A stretch of 64,000 nt of DNA from positions 62,001-126,000 of the forward strand of contig OZ251252.1 in the NCBI GenBank assembly GCA_965240325.2, read 5' to 3'. The position numbers were made by a program, and so were the translations under genes. The notes under the pieces were generated by a model. It saw nothing but the letters and a program-made list of their open reading frames with translations. It made no database searches and had not been told where the DNA came from. The stretch comes from Rebecca billardiae RCC1528 (lineage: Eukaryota > Protista > Haptophyta). Positions 35,701-47,516 of this stretch are shown piece after piece (the stretch's first letter is position 1; the number at the start of each line of letters is the position of its first letter).

Positions 35701-38700
35701 GCCGGCAGCGCGGCCGCGCCGTCGGCGCCCGGCGGCGGCGGCGGGTGCTGCGGGTGCGGCAGCGCGCTCTCGTCGTCGTCGTCGCCGCAGAGCTGGCACC
35801 ACTCGTACGCGGCGGCGAGCGCGCCGAGCGCCGCCGCGTCGCGCACGAGCGCCGCCGCCGCGCCCGCCGCGCGCGCGTCCGCCGCCGCGCGCGCCGCCGC
35901 GCGCCTCGCCAGCCGCTGGGCGTAGGGCAGTGGCTCGGCCATGCGCCGGATGTCGACAAGCGAAGCTGACGGCGGCGGCGCGCCCGGCGCGCGCGGCGCG
36001 GACGCGGACGCGGGGGTGGCGAGCACGACGGCGAGGGTGGAGGCGGAGGCGGAAGGCACGCGCGCGACGGCGCCGCACGCGCCGCCGCCCGCGCCCGAGC
36101 GCGCCGCCGACGCCGACGGCGACGCCGCCGCCGAGCACTCCGAGGCGCTGGCGCCGCCGCCGCCGCCGCCGCCGGGCGAGCCGAGCGCGGCGGCGACGGC
36201 GGCGGGCGAGGGCGCGGGCTTGCCCGCGTGCGGCGGCAGCGAGGAGCCCTTGCCGCGGCCGAGGCCGTGGGCGTGCTTGCCGCCGCCCTTGCCGCCGCCC
36301 TTGCCGCCGCCCTTGCCGCCGCCGCCGCGCGCCGCCCCCACCTCCGCGCCGCCGCCGCCTTGGCCTTGGCCTTGGCCGTCAGCCAGGCCGACTCGCACGT
36401 CGTAGCCAGGCAGCAGGGCCTCCGACTCGAGGGGCAAAGCCTCCGCCTCGTCCGCCGTGCGGAACGCCGGGCGCAGCGCGGAGGCGGAGGCGGAGAGCAG
36501 GTGCTCCCCCAGCGTCGACTCGTAGGACGTCGCCGCCACCGCCTCGTCGAAGGCGTCGAGCAGCTGGTCGCCTGCGCAAGCACCGCCGCGCGCGCACCGC
36601 CGCGCGCGCACCGCCGCGCGCGCGGGCGCGCGTGCGCGGGCGCGCGTGCGCGGGCGGGGAGGGGCGGGGTGGACACACACGGTGGACACGCGACGCACGG
36701 GGAGGGGCAGGGGTGCAGGCGGCACGGGGAGAAGGCGCAGCCATGGGGCAGGGCGGGGCAGTGAGGCGGAGCATCGGCCAAGCGCGTCCGGTGCCGCGGC
36801 GCGCGGGACGGAGGCGGCGCGGGGCGCGCGGCGCGCGGCGCGCGGCGGCACACCCGAGGCGCCGCGCGCGAGCAGCGGGCGCGTCGGCCGCGGCGGCAGC
36901 GGCTGCGTGCCGCCGGTGACGCAGCGCCGCGCGCCGCGCCCGCGCCCGCCCGCGCCGCCGTCCGTGCGCCGCCGCTTGGGCGGCGGCGGCGGCATCGCCG
37001 CGCCGGGCGGCGGCTTGCCCAGCGCGCGCGCGCGCGCCGCCGCGCCCTTGCGCCCCTTGGGGTGTGGCGGGTGCGCGCCTCCGCCGCGCTCCGCCGCCGC
37101 CTCCGCCTCGGCGGCGACGCCGCGCAGCCGCAGCCACACGAACGCGTGGCCGCTCGCGTCCGCGCCCATCACGAGCCCGTCGCCGCCGCCCACGAACCAG
37201 CGGTCTGCGGCGCGTGCCGGGCGCGTGCCGGCCGCGCGCGGGGCGTGCGCGGTGCGCGGTGCGCGGTGCGCGGTGCGCGGTGCGCGGTGCGGTGCGGTGC
37301 GGTGCGCGCAGCCGGGGCGGTCGGAGGTCAGTTGGCGCGCGGCGCGGCGGCGGCCAGCGGCGCGCGGCGCGGGGCGCACGCGGCGCGGTCGCTTGCGAGG
37401 TCGGTGCCGCCCCGGGCGGCACACGCCGGGGTGCCGCCGCGAGTGCTGCGCCGCGCCGCGCCGCGGCGCGCAGTGCGCCGTGCACCGTGCGAGCGCGCAG
37501 CGCGCACCCTTGAACAGATCGAGGTCGGCGTCTGCAGAGTCCGGGTCTGCAGAGTCCGGCTCCGCGCCGTCCGAGGGGTCGGCAGCGCCGCCCTCGGCCT
37601 CGGCCTCCTCCGCCGCACCCGCGCCCGCGCCAAAGGGGAAGCCGCCGCCGCCAGAGCCCGCGGACGGCGGCGGCGAGCGCGGCGGCGGCTTGCGGCCAGT
37701 CGGCAGCGGCGGCGGCGCGCTCGCGCCCGCGCCGCCACCGCGCGCGTCGGCGGCGGCCGGCGGCATCGGCTCGTCAGCGTCGGCGCACGTGACCGCGCCG
37801 CCGCCGCCGCCGCTGATGGCAGCAGCGGCGGCGGCGATGGCCGCCGCCCGCTGGCCGCCCTTGCCGCCGCCGCTGCCCTTGCCGCCGCCCCCCTTGCCTC
37901 GCGCGCCGCCCGCCGCGCCGCCGGCCGGCGCCGCGCGGCCGGCGCTCGCGCCGGCGGCGGCACCGGCCGGCGGCTTGGCATCCGGCGCGCCGCCGCCGCC
38001 GCCGTCGCCGCCGCACTTGGCGACGAGCTCCGCCCACGGGTCGTCGGCGCCGCCGCCCTCGTCCCCGCCCGTCGCCGAGTCGAAGATGCGCGAGAGCGCC
38101 GCCTCGAGGAAGTCATCGTCGTCGTCCGCCGCGGCGCCGTGCGGCGGCGCGGCTGCGGAGGCGGCCGCACGGGCGGCCGCGGCGTCGGCGGCGGCGGCGG
38201 TGGCGGCAGAGGCGGCGGCGGCGGTGGCTGCGGCGGCTGCGGCGGACTGCGCGGGCGGCGGCTGCGGCGGCCTGGGCTGGCGCGGCTGCTGCTGCGGCGA
38301 GGGCGGCTGCGGCGCGGCGGACGCGGCGGGCGCCGCCGGGCTGCGCCCGGGGGCGGCCGGGGCGACGGTGGCGCGCGCGCGCGGCGCGGCGGGCTGCGCG
38401 CGCGCCGCCGGCGCGACGCTCGGCTGCGGGCGCGGCGCGTGGTGCTGCTGCTGCCGCCGCTGCTGCGCGTGGTGCTGCTGCGCGTGCTGCTGCTGCAGCA
38501 TCGCCACCGCCGCGTCCACGCACGAGTTGCCCGTCACCCCGATCCCGGCCAGTCCAGGGGCCAGCCCCGGGGCGGCCGGCGCCACGCCTGGCGGCGCCGG
38601 CCCACCGCCCACCACGCAGCCCGGCGCCGGCGCCGCGCCGCCGCGCGGCGAGTGGCCCGAGAGGGCGGCGACGAGGGCGTTGGGGTCGAGGCTGCCGCCG

Positions 38701-38751
38701 CGGGAGAGCGGCGCGCCGCCGCCGCCACCGAGCAGCGAGGGCGACCCGAGC

Positions 38752-38790
<39 letters not shown>

Positions 38791-38983
38791 GCGGCTGCGT
38801 GCTGCTGCAGCAGCCGCTGCAGCTGCTGCTGCTGCGCCTGCTGCTGCTGCTGCTGCTGCTGCGCGCTCAGCACGCCCGCGTACCCGCAGCCCACGCCGCC
38901 CATGTGCGGCGAGCCCAGCCCGAGCGCCGCCATGAACGCGCCGGCGTCGAGGCTGCCGCCGCGCGACAGCGGCGCGCCGCCTC

Positions 38984-39060
<77 letters not shown>

Positions 39061-39201
39061 AGTGGAAGCGGCGGCGAGGTGGGCGGCGGCTGCGGCGTCG
39101 GCCCCGCTGAGCCCGGCGAGGGCGCGGGCAGCAGCGGCGGCAGCGCGCGCCCGCTGCCCTGGCTGGGCGAGCGCTGCGCCTTGGGCGGCGGCTGCTGCTG
39201 C

Positions 39202-39255
<54 letters not shown>

Positions 39256-39581
39256 AGGGCGAGCAGCTGCGCCACCAGCGCCGGGCTGGGCGGCAGCCCG
39301 CCCGCCTTGGCCGCCGCGAGCGCGCGCTGCGCCTGCGCGAGCAGGTGCGCGTGCGCGACCGAGCCAGCGCCGCCGCCGCCGCCGCCCTGCGCACCCGCCG
39401 CCGCATAGGGCTGCGGCTGCGGCGGCGGCTGCGGCTGCGGCGGCGGCTGCGGCTGCGGCGAGGGCTGCGCCGGCGACGCGCCCCAGCACGGCGCGCCGCC
39501 GCCCGGCCCCTGCTGCGGCTGCGGCTGCTGCGCCCGCTGGTGGGGCGGCAGCCCGCCCGCGAGCCTCGGGCTGCCCAGCGG

Positions 39582-39618
<37 letters not shown>

Positions 39619-40928
39619 GCGCCGCCCTCGGCACCGCCGCACCCGCCGCCGCACGCGCCGCTGCGCACGCCCACCGTGACGGCCTCCGGCCCGCAGCCGA
39701 GGAAGGCGGCGCGCGCGGCCGCGCCCGCGCCGCCGCCGCCCGCGCCGCCCGCGCCGCCCTGCGCCGCCCCGCCCAGCGCGCCGCCGCCCTGCGCACCCGC
39801 CGCGCCGCCGCCCTTGCCGCGCGCGCGCATCGCCAGCAGGTGCTTCCGGTACCGCTCCCGAATCATGCACATCTGCGCCCACTTGTCGCAGTGCGCGCAG
39901 CCGCTGCCGCCCGCGGGCGCGGCGTGCTCGGCCGCGCCGCCGGGCAGGTTGCTCGCGCGCCGGTGCGGGCACGCCGCCGCGTGGCTCTGCATCGTCCCGA
40001 TGAACGCCCGCATCGGGCCGCAGTCGGCGACGGCGCACCGCCCCTCCGCCTTGGAGCAGAGGAGCGCGTGTATCAGAATCTTCATGTTGTCGGGGATGTC
40101 GGACGCGCGCACGCCCATCGCGCCCTCCGCGGCGGCGTCGGCCGCGGCGGCGGCGTCGCCGCCGCACGCCGCGCACCCCGCGCCGCCGCACGCGCCGCAC
40201 GCGCCGCCGGCCGCGACCGGCGGCGGCGGCGGCGGCGCGGCGGCGCGCGCGCCCGCCGGCTGCGCGCCCGGCGCCGGCGGCGGACCCATGGCACCCCCGG
40301 CGGCGGCGGCGCCGGGCCCGCCACCCGCCGCCCGCGCGGTCGCGTGGCGCGCCTGCGCCACGGCGTGCCGCGCGCCGCACCGCGCCGCGCGAGCCGCCGT
40401 GAGTGCGCGCGCGCGCGCGCGCCGCGCCGCGCGCCGCGCGCCGCGCGCCGCCGCCGCCGCGCGCGCCGCCGCGCTGCGCCGCGCGCCCGCACCTGCAGCG
40501 CCTTGACGGTTGCGTGCAGCACGTCGGGCCCCCGCTCGCCGAGCAGCATCCGCGCCTGCCGGCAGAAGGCCTTGAGGTCGAGCCGCTTGGCGCGCAGGTC
40601 GGCGATGATGCCCGTCAGCACTGGTGCGCGGCAACGCGAGCGGCGCGCGCGTCGGGCGCGCGCGGCGGCGCGTGAGGCCGGGGGAGGCGGCGGCGGGCAG
40701 GGCGGCGCTCGGCGTGGCGGCCGGTGCCCCGCGCTGCGCGGTGCGTGCGCGCGGGCGTGCTCGCCGCCGCCGCGGCGCCGGGCGCACACGGCGGCGCGGC
40801 GGCGCGGCGCGCGCGCTCGGGCGCGCTCGGGCGCGGCGGCGCGCGCGCGCACCTTTGTTGGGGTCGAAGCACGAGATCTCGGCGATGAGCTCATCGATGG
40901 TGATGTACGCGCCACTCGCCGTCTGCAT
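32545..40928 (-). CDS. CBP/p300 (HAC/KAT3)-type histone acetyltransferase with RST-like, TAZ-like, PHD and HAT domains; multi-exon
   Basis: LIHALLC...C....C..M......H...C...C..C (TAZ-like); MVQCDGPCARWFHWQC (PHD); FPY...AFQ...G.[78 protein letters not shown] (p300 HAT); polyQ/polyG tracts. Confidence 0.9.
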
Positions 40929-41585
40929 CGGCCACTCGCGCGGCGCCCCGCGCGCCGCGCCGTGCGCGCTGCCCTCTCGGCGGCGCCTCCCGCCGCCCTC
41001 GTGTTTGGGCGCCCCGGCGGCGCCACCCTTCAAAGCCGCTGGCGCCGCTGCGCTGCTGCGCGAAGCTGAGAGGGCGCGCACGGGCAAGGGCTTCTTCCGC
41101 TGGGGGGGTCCGGGCGGGTGAGCAGCCCGCACGGACGCCGCAGGCCGCAGAGTACACCCGGGTACGTGCTCGCCGAGCGCTGAGCCGACGAGATTCCACA
41201 CGTATGGTATGATGATAAGCTTGGCGCATGATGATTCACCGTTATTCGGTGCTTACGACTACGGGTATTCCCCCATACAGACCGTCCCGCGTAGATATTA
41301 TTGTTCACGCGAATACTGTCCACTGCTCAGAACATGAATGATATGGCCCGAGCTGATGATGATTGATGATTAAAAAGGGGTGCCCGCGCGGCGGGCGCGG
41401 GCTCGGCGCCGCCATCGCTCCCCGGACTTGCCCCCCTTACGTTACCGGACCGCCTCGCCAGCAGCGCGGCTGCTTGCAGCCAGCGCGCGAGCGGCCCGCT
41501 CTCCCCTGCTTGCGCCGCCGGGCTCGACGGTCGCGCGCGCCGCGCCGCTCGGCCGCGGGCACGTCCCCCGCGCACGGCGGCGGCG

Positions 41586-44500
41586 ATGATCGCCGCGAGC
41601 AACACCAAGGCGCTACAGGCGTGCCGCATAGGCCCCGGCATCTCCGTCCAGGCACGCGCCTGCGCGGCGCGCGGCGCGCGGCGCGCGCCCGCGGCGCGGG
41701 CGCGCGGCGCCGAGCCGCGCCGCGCGCCGCGCGCGCCGCGCCCGCCCCGTCTCGCCACGCGCGGCGCAGCCCGCCCGCGCCGCGTCCGCGCGACCCCACG
41801 GCCGCGCCCGCCCGCCGCCGCCCGCCGCCGCCGCGCGCGCCCCGCTCACCCGCGCGCCCCCCTGCGCGCCCGCCCCTCGGCGCCGCGCGCGCTGCCGCCG
41901 TCGCCGCCGCGCGCGCGCCGCTGCTCGCGCGGCTGGCCGGCCGCCCCGCCCGCCGCCGCGGCGCGCGCGCGCGCGCAGATCGAGGACTCGGAGACCGAGC
42001 TCTCCTTCGCCGGCGTCGCGCCCTTCTCCATCGAGGCGCACTTCTACATCGAGCCTTCCTCCGAACCGATCCTGCCGCCGGGCCATCAGCAGGGCCCCGC
42101 GCAGTGGCACGGGCACCAGGTGCGCGCGGTGCGCGAGGCGGGGGCGGAGGAGCGCGCGGCGGAGATGGGGGCGCTGCCGCGCGCCGACGCCGGCGCCGCG
42201 CGCGCGCGCGGCTGCGCCCGACCTGCGCGCGCGCGCCCGCCGCCCGCCGCCCCGGTCTGGCGCGCGCCGGCGGCGCGGCGCGCGCGGCCGCGCGGCGGCG
42301 TGGCGCGCGCCGCGCCGCGCCGCGCCGCCGACCCCCCGTCGCGCCGTGCGCCCCCTCCGCCCGCTGCACACGCCCCCGCAGGTGCTCATCTCGAAGTTCA
42401 ACGGCTGCGTGTGCGGCGAGTACCGCCTGGGCCTGGACGCGCAGCGGCGCGTGATCTTCCAGCGGGAGGTGGAGCCTTGGATCGTGAGCGCGCGCACGCC
42501 CGGACTGCGCGCAGCCGGACTGCGCAGCGCACAGCGCGCAGCACAGCGCGGCGCAGCACCGCACAGCGCACGGCACCGCACAGCGCACCGCACCGCGCCG
42601 GGCAGCACCGCCGCTGGGCGGTGGGCCCGGCTGTGGCGGGCGCGCGGCGGTGGGCGGCGGGGCGGCGGCGGGGCGGCGGTGGCGCGCGTGGCGGCGAGGG
42701 CTACACCGCGCGCAGCCGCCGCCGCGCGCGCGCACGCACGCCCGCGCCGCGCGCACACACGCGCCCGCGCCGCGCCGCCCCCTCCCCCCGCGCGCAGGTC
42801 ACCACCCCGGACCCGATCCCCACGCACGAGTGGCACTCCGTGGTCGCCACTTACGACGGGCGCACCATGCGCATTTATGTCGACTCTCGGCTGGCCGTGC
42901 ACGTGGCGTGCGGCGCGCAGAAGGCCGACACGACGTCGCCGGTGATCCTGGGCGCGGACCTGTGCGGGTACGCCACCGCGCACCACTTCGAGGGCTACCT
43001 CTCCGAGGTGAGCGTCTGGCGCCGCTGCCTCGACGCCGCAGACGTGCGGCTGCTCGCGCAGCACGGCCCCACCGGTCACCCGACTCTCACGCGCGAGCTG
43101 ACGGCTTACTGGTGTCTGTACCAGCGCACGGAGACGGCGGGGGGCGGCGGGCGCGCGGCGGGCTCGGCGGCGCTCGTGTACAACGGCGCGCGGCCGCACG
43201 GCGGCGCGGGCGGCGCGGGCGCGCTCAACGGCGGCGCTGCGCGGTACCGCGGCCGAGTCGTCAGCGAGGGTGCGCGCACACGCACGCGCGCGCGCACACG
43301 CACTGCACGCGGCCGCGCGCGCCGCCGCAGCCGCCGGCCGCGCCCGCCGCCGCCCGCCGCCCGCCGCGCGTGTGCCCACCCGCCGCCCCGCCCTCGCGCC
43401 CGCCCCGCCCCCTCGCCCGCCCCGCCGCGCGCAGGCGTGTGGGCGGTCGGCCGGTATCGCTCGTGGCTCTACAGCGCGTGTGCTACGGATGCGCTCGACA
43501 ACGACGATGGCGGCATCGCGCCGCCGCTGGCGGAGCCGCCGCCTGCGCTGGGCGGCGAGAACGGCGGCGGCGAGGGCGCGGGCGGCGGGCGCACCACCGG
43601 TGTGCTCTTCTCCGCCGCCAGCCGCAGCCACATGCGCATCTGCGGCTCCGCGTCCGCGCTGTCCTTTGGCGATGTTGCGCCCTACACGCTGGCTGTGCAA
43701 TTTTACCCGCGCGCGCCGCCCGCTGACACGCCCGCGCTCGCGGGCGGCGGCGGCGGCGGCGGGGCGGACGGGGGCGGCGGCGGCGGCGAGCAGACGCTGC
43801 TGAGCAAGTTCAACAGAGGGCTGCGGGGAGAGTACCGCCTCGGGCTGGACGCGTCCGGGCGGCCGTTCACGTCGCGGGAGGCGGAGCCCTGGGCACTGCT
43901 GGCGCCTGAGCCCGTGGCCGCTCACCGCTGGCACTCTGTCGTCGCCGCGTACGACGGCGCGACGCTGAGGTGCGTGCGCGCGCGAGCGGGGGAGGCGGAG
44001 GGGGGTGGTGGGGGCGTGCCGTCGCCCCCGCCTGCGCGCACCGCCCGCCCTTGGCTCGGGCGCGTGTGCCCGCGCGTGTGACTGTGCGCGTGTGTCGCGC
44101 GCGCGCGCGGACCGTGCGCGTGTGGACCGCGCGTGTAACGTCCGTGTAACGTCCGCGTCACGTCCGTGTAACGTCCGCGCAGACTGTTCGTCGACTACGT
44201 GGAGGTGGCGTCCGCCCCCTCGGGCGCGCAGTTCTCCGACCAAGTCACGCCCGTGCTGATTGGCTGCGACATGGAGCGCGACCGTTACGTGCGCCACTTC
44301 GAAGGCTTCGTGGCGGAGGCGTGCGTGTGGGCGCGCGCGCTGCAGCCGGCGGAGGTGGCGGAGCTCGCGACGACGGCGCCCGCGCCGGGCACGCCGCTGC
44401 AGCGGGGCCTGCTCGGTGCGCGCCGCGGCGCACCGCGCGCCGCGCGCCGCGCGCCGCGCGCCGCGCGCCGCGCGCCGCGCGCCGCGCGCGCGCGTGGCCG

Positions 44501-46242
44501 GCCGCGCGCGCACACGCACGCGCACACGCTCACGCGCACAGCACCGCACCGCACCGCACCGCGCCGCACCGCACCGCCGCCGCAGGGTGCTGGCGGCTGC
44601 TCGAGTCGAAGCAGCTGCGGCTGCACTCGGCGGGGCGCGTGGTCGTGCCCAACGCGGCGAGCGCGCGCGCGCCCGCGGGCGCCGCCGCCGGCGCGCGGCT
44701 GCCCGGCGCCGACGCCAACGGCGGGCATGTGGGCGCGGCCGCGCCCGGCGGCGGCGGCGGCGGCGGCGCGGACGGCGGCGCGGACGGCGGCGGCGGGCCG
44801 CGGCCGCCGGGCGGCGTGGCGGTGGGCGCGCGCGAGGCGACGCACGCCGTGCTGCGCACCGCGGTGCACACGCACACGCTCGGCGTGGTCATGCGCCCGG
44901 GCGTGCAGGCGCTCGTCGTCGAGCTGGGCGCCGTCGGCCACGACCTCTCGCGCCATTGGGTCGGGGCGGTCTCGAGGTTGGGCACTCAGTCGATGCGGCT
45001 GCGGCGCGAGCAGCTGGCGCAGCAGGGGCTGCAGGGCGGGGGAGGGCCGGCGGGCGCGGCGCGCGCCGCGGCCGCGCGCCTCCGCGCCGCCGCCTCCCCC
45101 ACCGCACCCGCCGCCACACCCGCCCCGGCGCCGGGCGGCGGCGGCCCGCACGCGCCCGCGTGCGTTGACATCGAGCGACGCTACTGCTACGTGGGGATGA
45201 GCGTGGCGCTGCAGAAGAACCTGACGCAGGCGCTCGACCTGCACGCGAACGAGGTGCTGGTGACGCGGCTGAGCCACAGGCACGCCGGGCCCGACGAGCA
45301 CGCGCTCCGCCGGCTGCACGCCGAGTACAAGCAGAAGCTCGTGCGCGCACGCCAGCGCACGCGCGCGCACACGCACGCACGCGCGCGCGCAGCGGTCACG
45401 CGCGGATGCGCGGATGCGTGCGCCGGGCCGTGCGCGCGCGGAGCGGCCGGCGGCGCACACGCCACCGCGCACACGCCCACACACGCCCACCCCCCCCCGC
45501 GCGCGCGCCGCGCAGCTCGACGTGCGCGGCCGCGCGTGGTCTTTGTTCCGCGATTGGTTCTTTGACAACCCCGTGCACGCGCTGCGCGAGTGCGACGGCG
45601 ACCGCTGCGAGTTCTGGCGGTTCAAGTTCCCCGCGCGGCGGGTGCGCGCGTGCCAGGTGCTGGTGGAGCACGCGGTGCGCGCGTTCCCGCCCAAGGCGCA
45701 CTGCCCGCTCGTCGTCGCCTCCTTCGGCTCCGGACTCCTCTTCCAGGACTTTTGCACCACGCAGGTGTGCGCGCGCCCACTGCGGCACCCGGCGCGCGCG
45801 CCCACTGCGGCACCGCGCGCGCGCCGCGCGCGCACCGCGGCGCACGCCCGCCCGGCGCACACACGCGCGCGCCCCCGCTCCGCGGCCGCACCCCGCGCCG
45901 TGCGCAGATGCTCCTCGACGCGGGCTTCCGCCACATCCGCCTCGCGCTCGTGGACACTGCGTACCGGCCGTGGAAGGAGCGCTACCTGGGACGGGACGCG
46001 ACCTGCCGCGCGCACGTGGTGCCGGCGGCCATGCTGGACGAGGGCGCGCTGCTGCCCGAGCCGGTGGCGGTGGGGCCGGCGGACTCGGAGGAGACGATCT
46101 CGAACGCGGCGGCGACCTCGTGCAACAACGCCATCTCCTTCGTGCTGTACAACGAGGCGCTCCACCAGTTCGTCCAGGTGTGTGCGCGTGTGTGCGCTGT
46201 GCGCGCGCGCGGCCCGTGTGTGTGTGTGTGTGTGTGTGCGTA

Positions 46243-46283
<41 letters not shown>

Positions 46284-47516
46284 GTGTGTGTGCGTGTGCG
46301 TGTGTGTGTGTGTGTGTGCGTGTGTGTGCGTGTGCGTGTGCGTGTGCGTGTGCGTGTACGTGTGCGTGTGTGTGTGTGCGTGTGCGTGTGTGTGCGTGTG
46401 TGTGCGTGTGCGTGTGTGTGCGTGTGCGTGTGTGCGTGTGCGTGTGTGTGTGTGTGTGTGCGTGTGTGTGCGTGTGTGTGTGTGTGCGTGTGTGTGTGCG
46501 TGTGTGTGTGTGCGTGTGCGTGTGTGTGCGTGTGTGTGCGTGTGCGTGTGTGTGCGTGTGTGTGTGTGCGTGTGTGTGCGTGTGTGTGTGCGTGTGTGTG
46601 TGTGTGCGTGTGTGTGCGTGTGCGTGTGTGTGCGTGTGCGTGTGTGTGTGTGCGTGTGTGCGTGCGTGTGTGCGCGTGTGCGTGTGTGCGCGCGCGTGTG
46701 TGCGTGTGTGCGTGTGCGCGCGCGCGTGTGTGCGTGTGTGCGTGTGCGCGCGCGCGTGTGTGCGTGTGTGCGTGTGCGCGCGCGTGTGTGCGCGTGTGCG
46801 TGTGTGCGCGCGCGTGTGTGCGTGTGTGCGTGTGCGCGCGCGCGTGTGTGCGTGTGTGCGTGTGCGCGCGCGCGTGTGTGCGTGTGTGCGTGTGCGCGCG
46901 CGTGTGTGCGTGTGTGCGTGTGCGCGCGCGCGTGTGTGCGTGTGTGCGTGTGCGCGCGCGCGTGTGTGCGTGTGTGCGTGTGCGCGCGCGTGTGTGCGCG
47001 TGTGCGTGTGTGCGCGCGCGTGTGTGCGTGTGTGCGTGTGTGCGCGCGCGTGTGTGCGCGTGCCGCCCCCCTGGCCCTGACCCCCCCCCCCCCGCCACCC
47101 CCACCACCCCGTGCGCGCGCAGTGGTTCTCGTGCGTGCCGGACGCGGACGTGCAGGTGCTCGTGTACGACAGCGTCGAGGCGTACGCGGCAGACTGCCGC
47201 ATGGTGCGCGCACCGCGCACACCCTGCACACCCTGCACACACGCACACACGCACACACTGCACACACACACGCACGCACCCCACCCCCCGCCCCCAGGCC
47301 CCGGACGAGATGGAGGCGATGGTGTGCAGTGCGATGGACTACAAAGACAACGAGACCCTGCTCGAGGAGGCCGTCAACCAGATGCTCACCACCTGCCTCT
47401 CGCACAAGGGGTTCGGGGTCAAGCTCGTGACCAAGCCGAGCGAGTCCGTGCCCGGCGTGTACGTGGTCGACCGGCAGCTGCGCGAGCTGTACCACGAGCA
47501 GCTGCCCTCGGGCTGA
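41586..47516 (+). CDS. Two LamG/concanavalin-like domains plus C-terminal Rossmann/SAM-methyltransferase-like domain; multi-exon
   Basis: Two copies of SKFN....GEYRLGLD...RE.EPW...WHSVVA.YDG.T.R..VD...P V..G.D...HFEG...E..VW.R.L (Laminin_G_3-like); C-terminal VVASFGSGLLFQD...LLDAGFRHIRLALVD..Y; TGA at 47514-47516. Confidence 0.75.
46178..47062. repeat. ~0.9-kb intronic (GT/GC)n alternating purine-pyrimidine tract
   Basis: Near-continuous GTGTGTGCGT.../GCGCGCGTGT inside the intron ending at ~47122. Confidence 0.95.

Noticed and set aside
35121-41201. Single 2026-aa uninterrupted protein
   Set aside because: It reads through several stop-free introns; the true product is the spliced HAT, probably starting at ATG 40928.
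44285-47284. His/Thr-rich and Cys/Val-rich long ORFs
   Set aside because: These are translations of the intronic (GT/GC)n tract.
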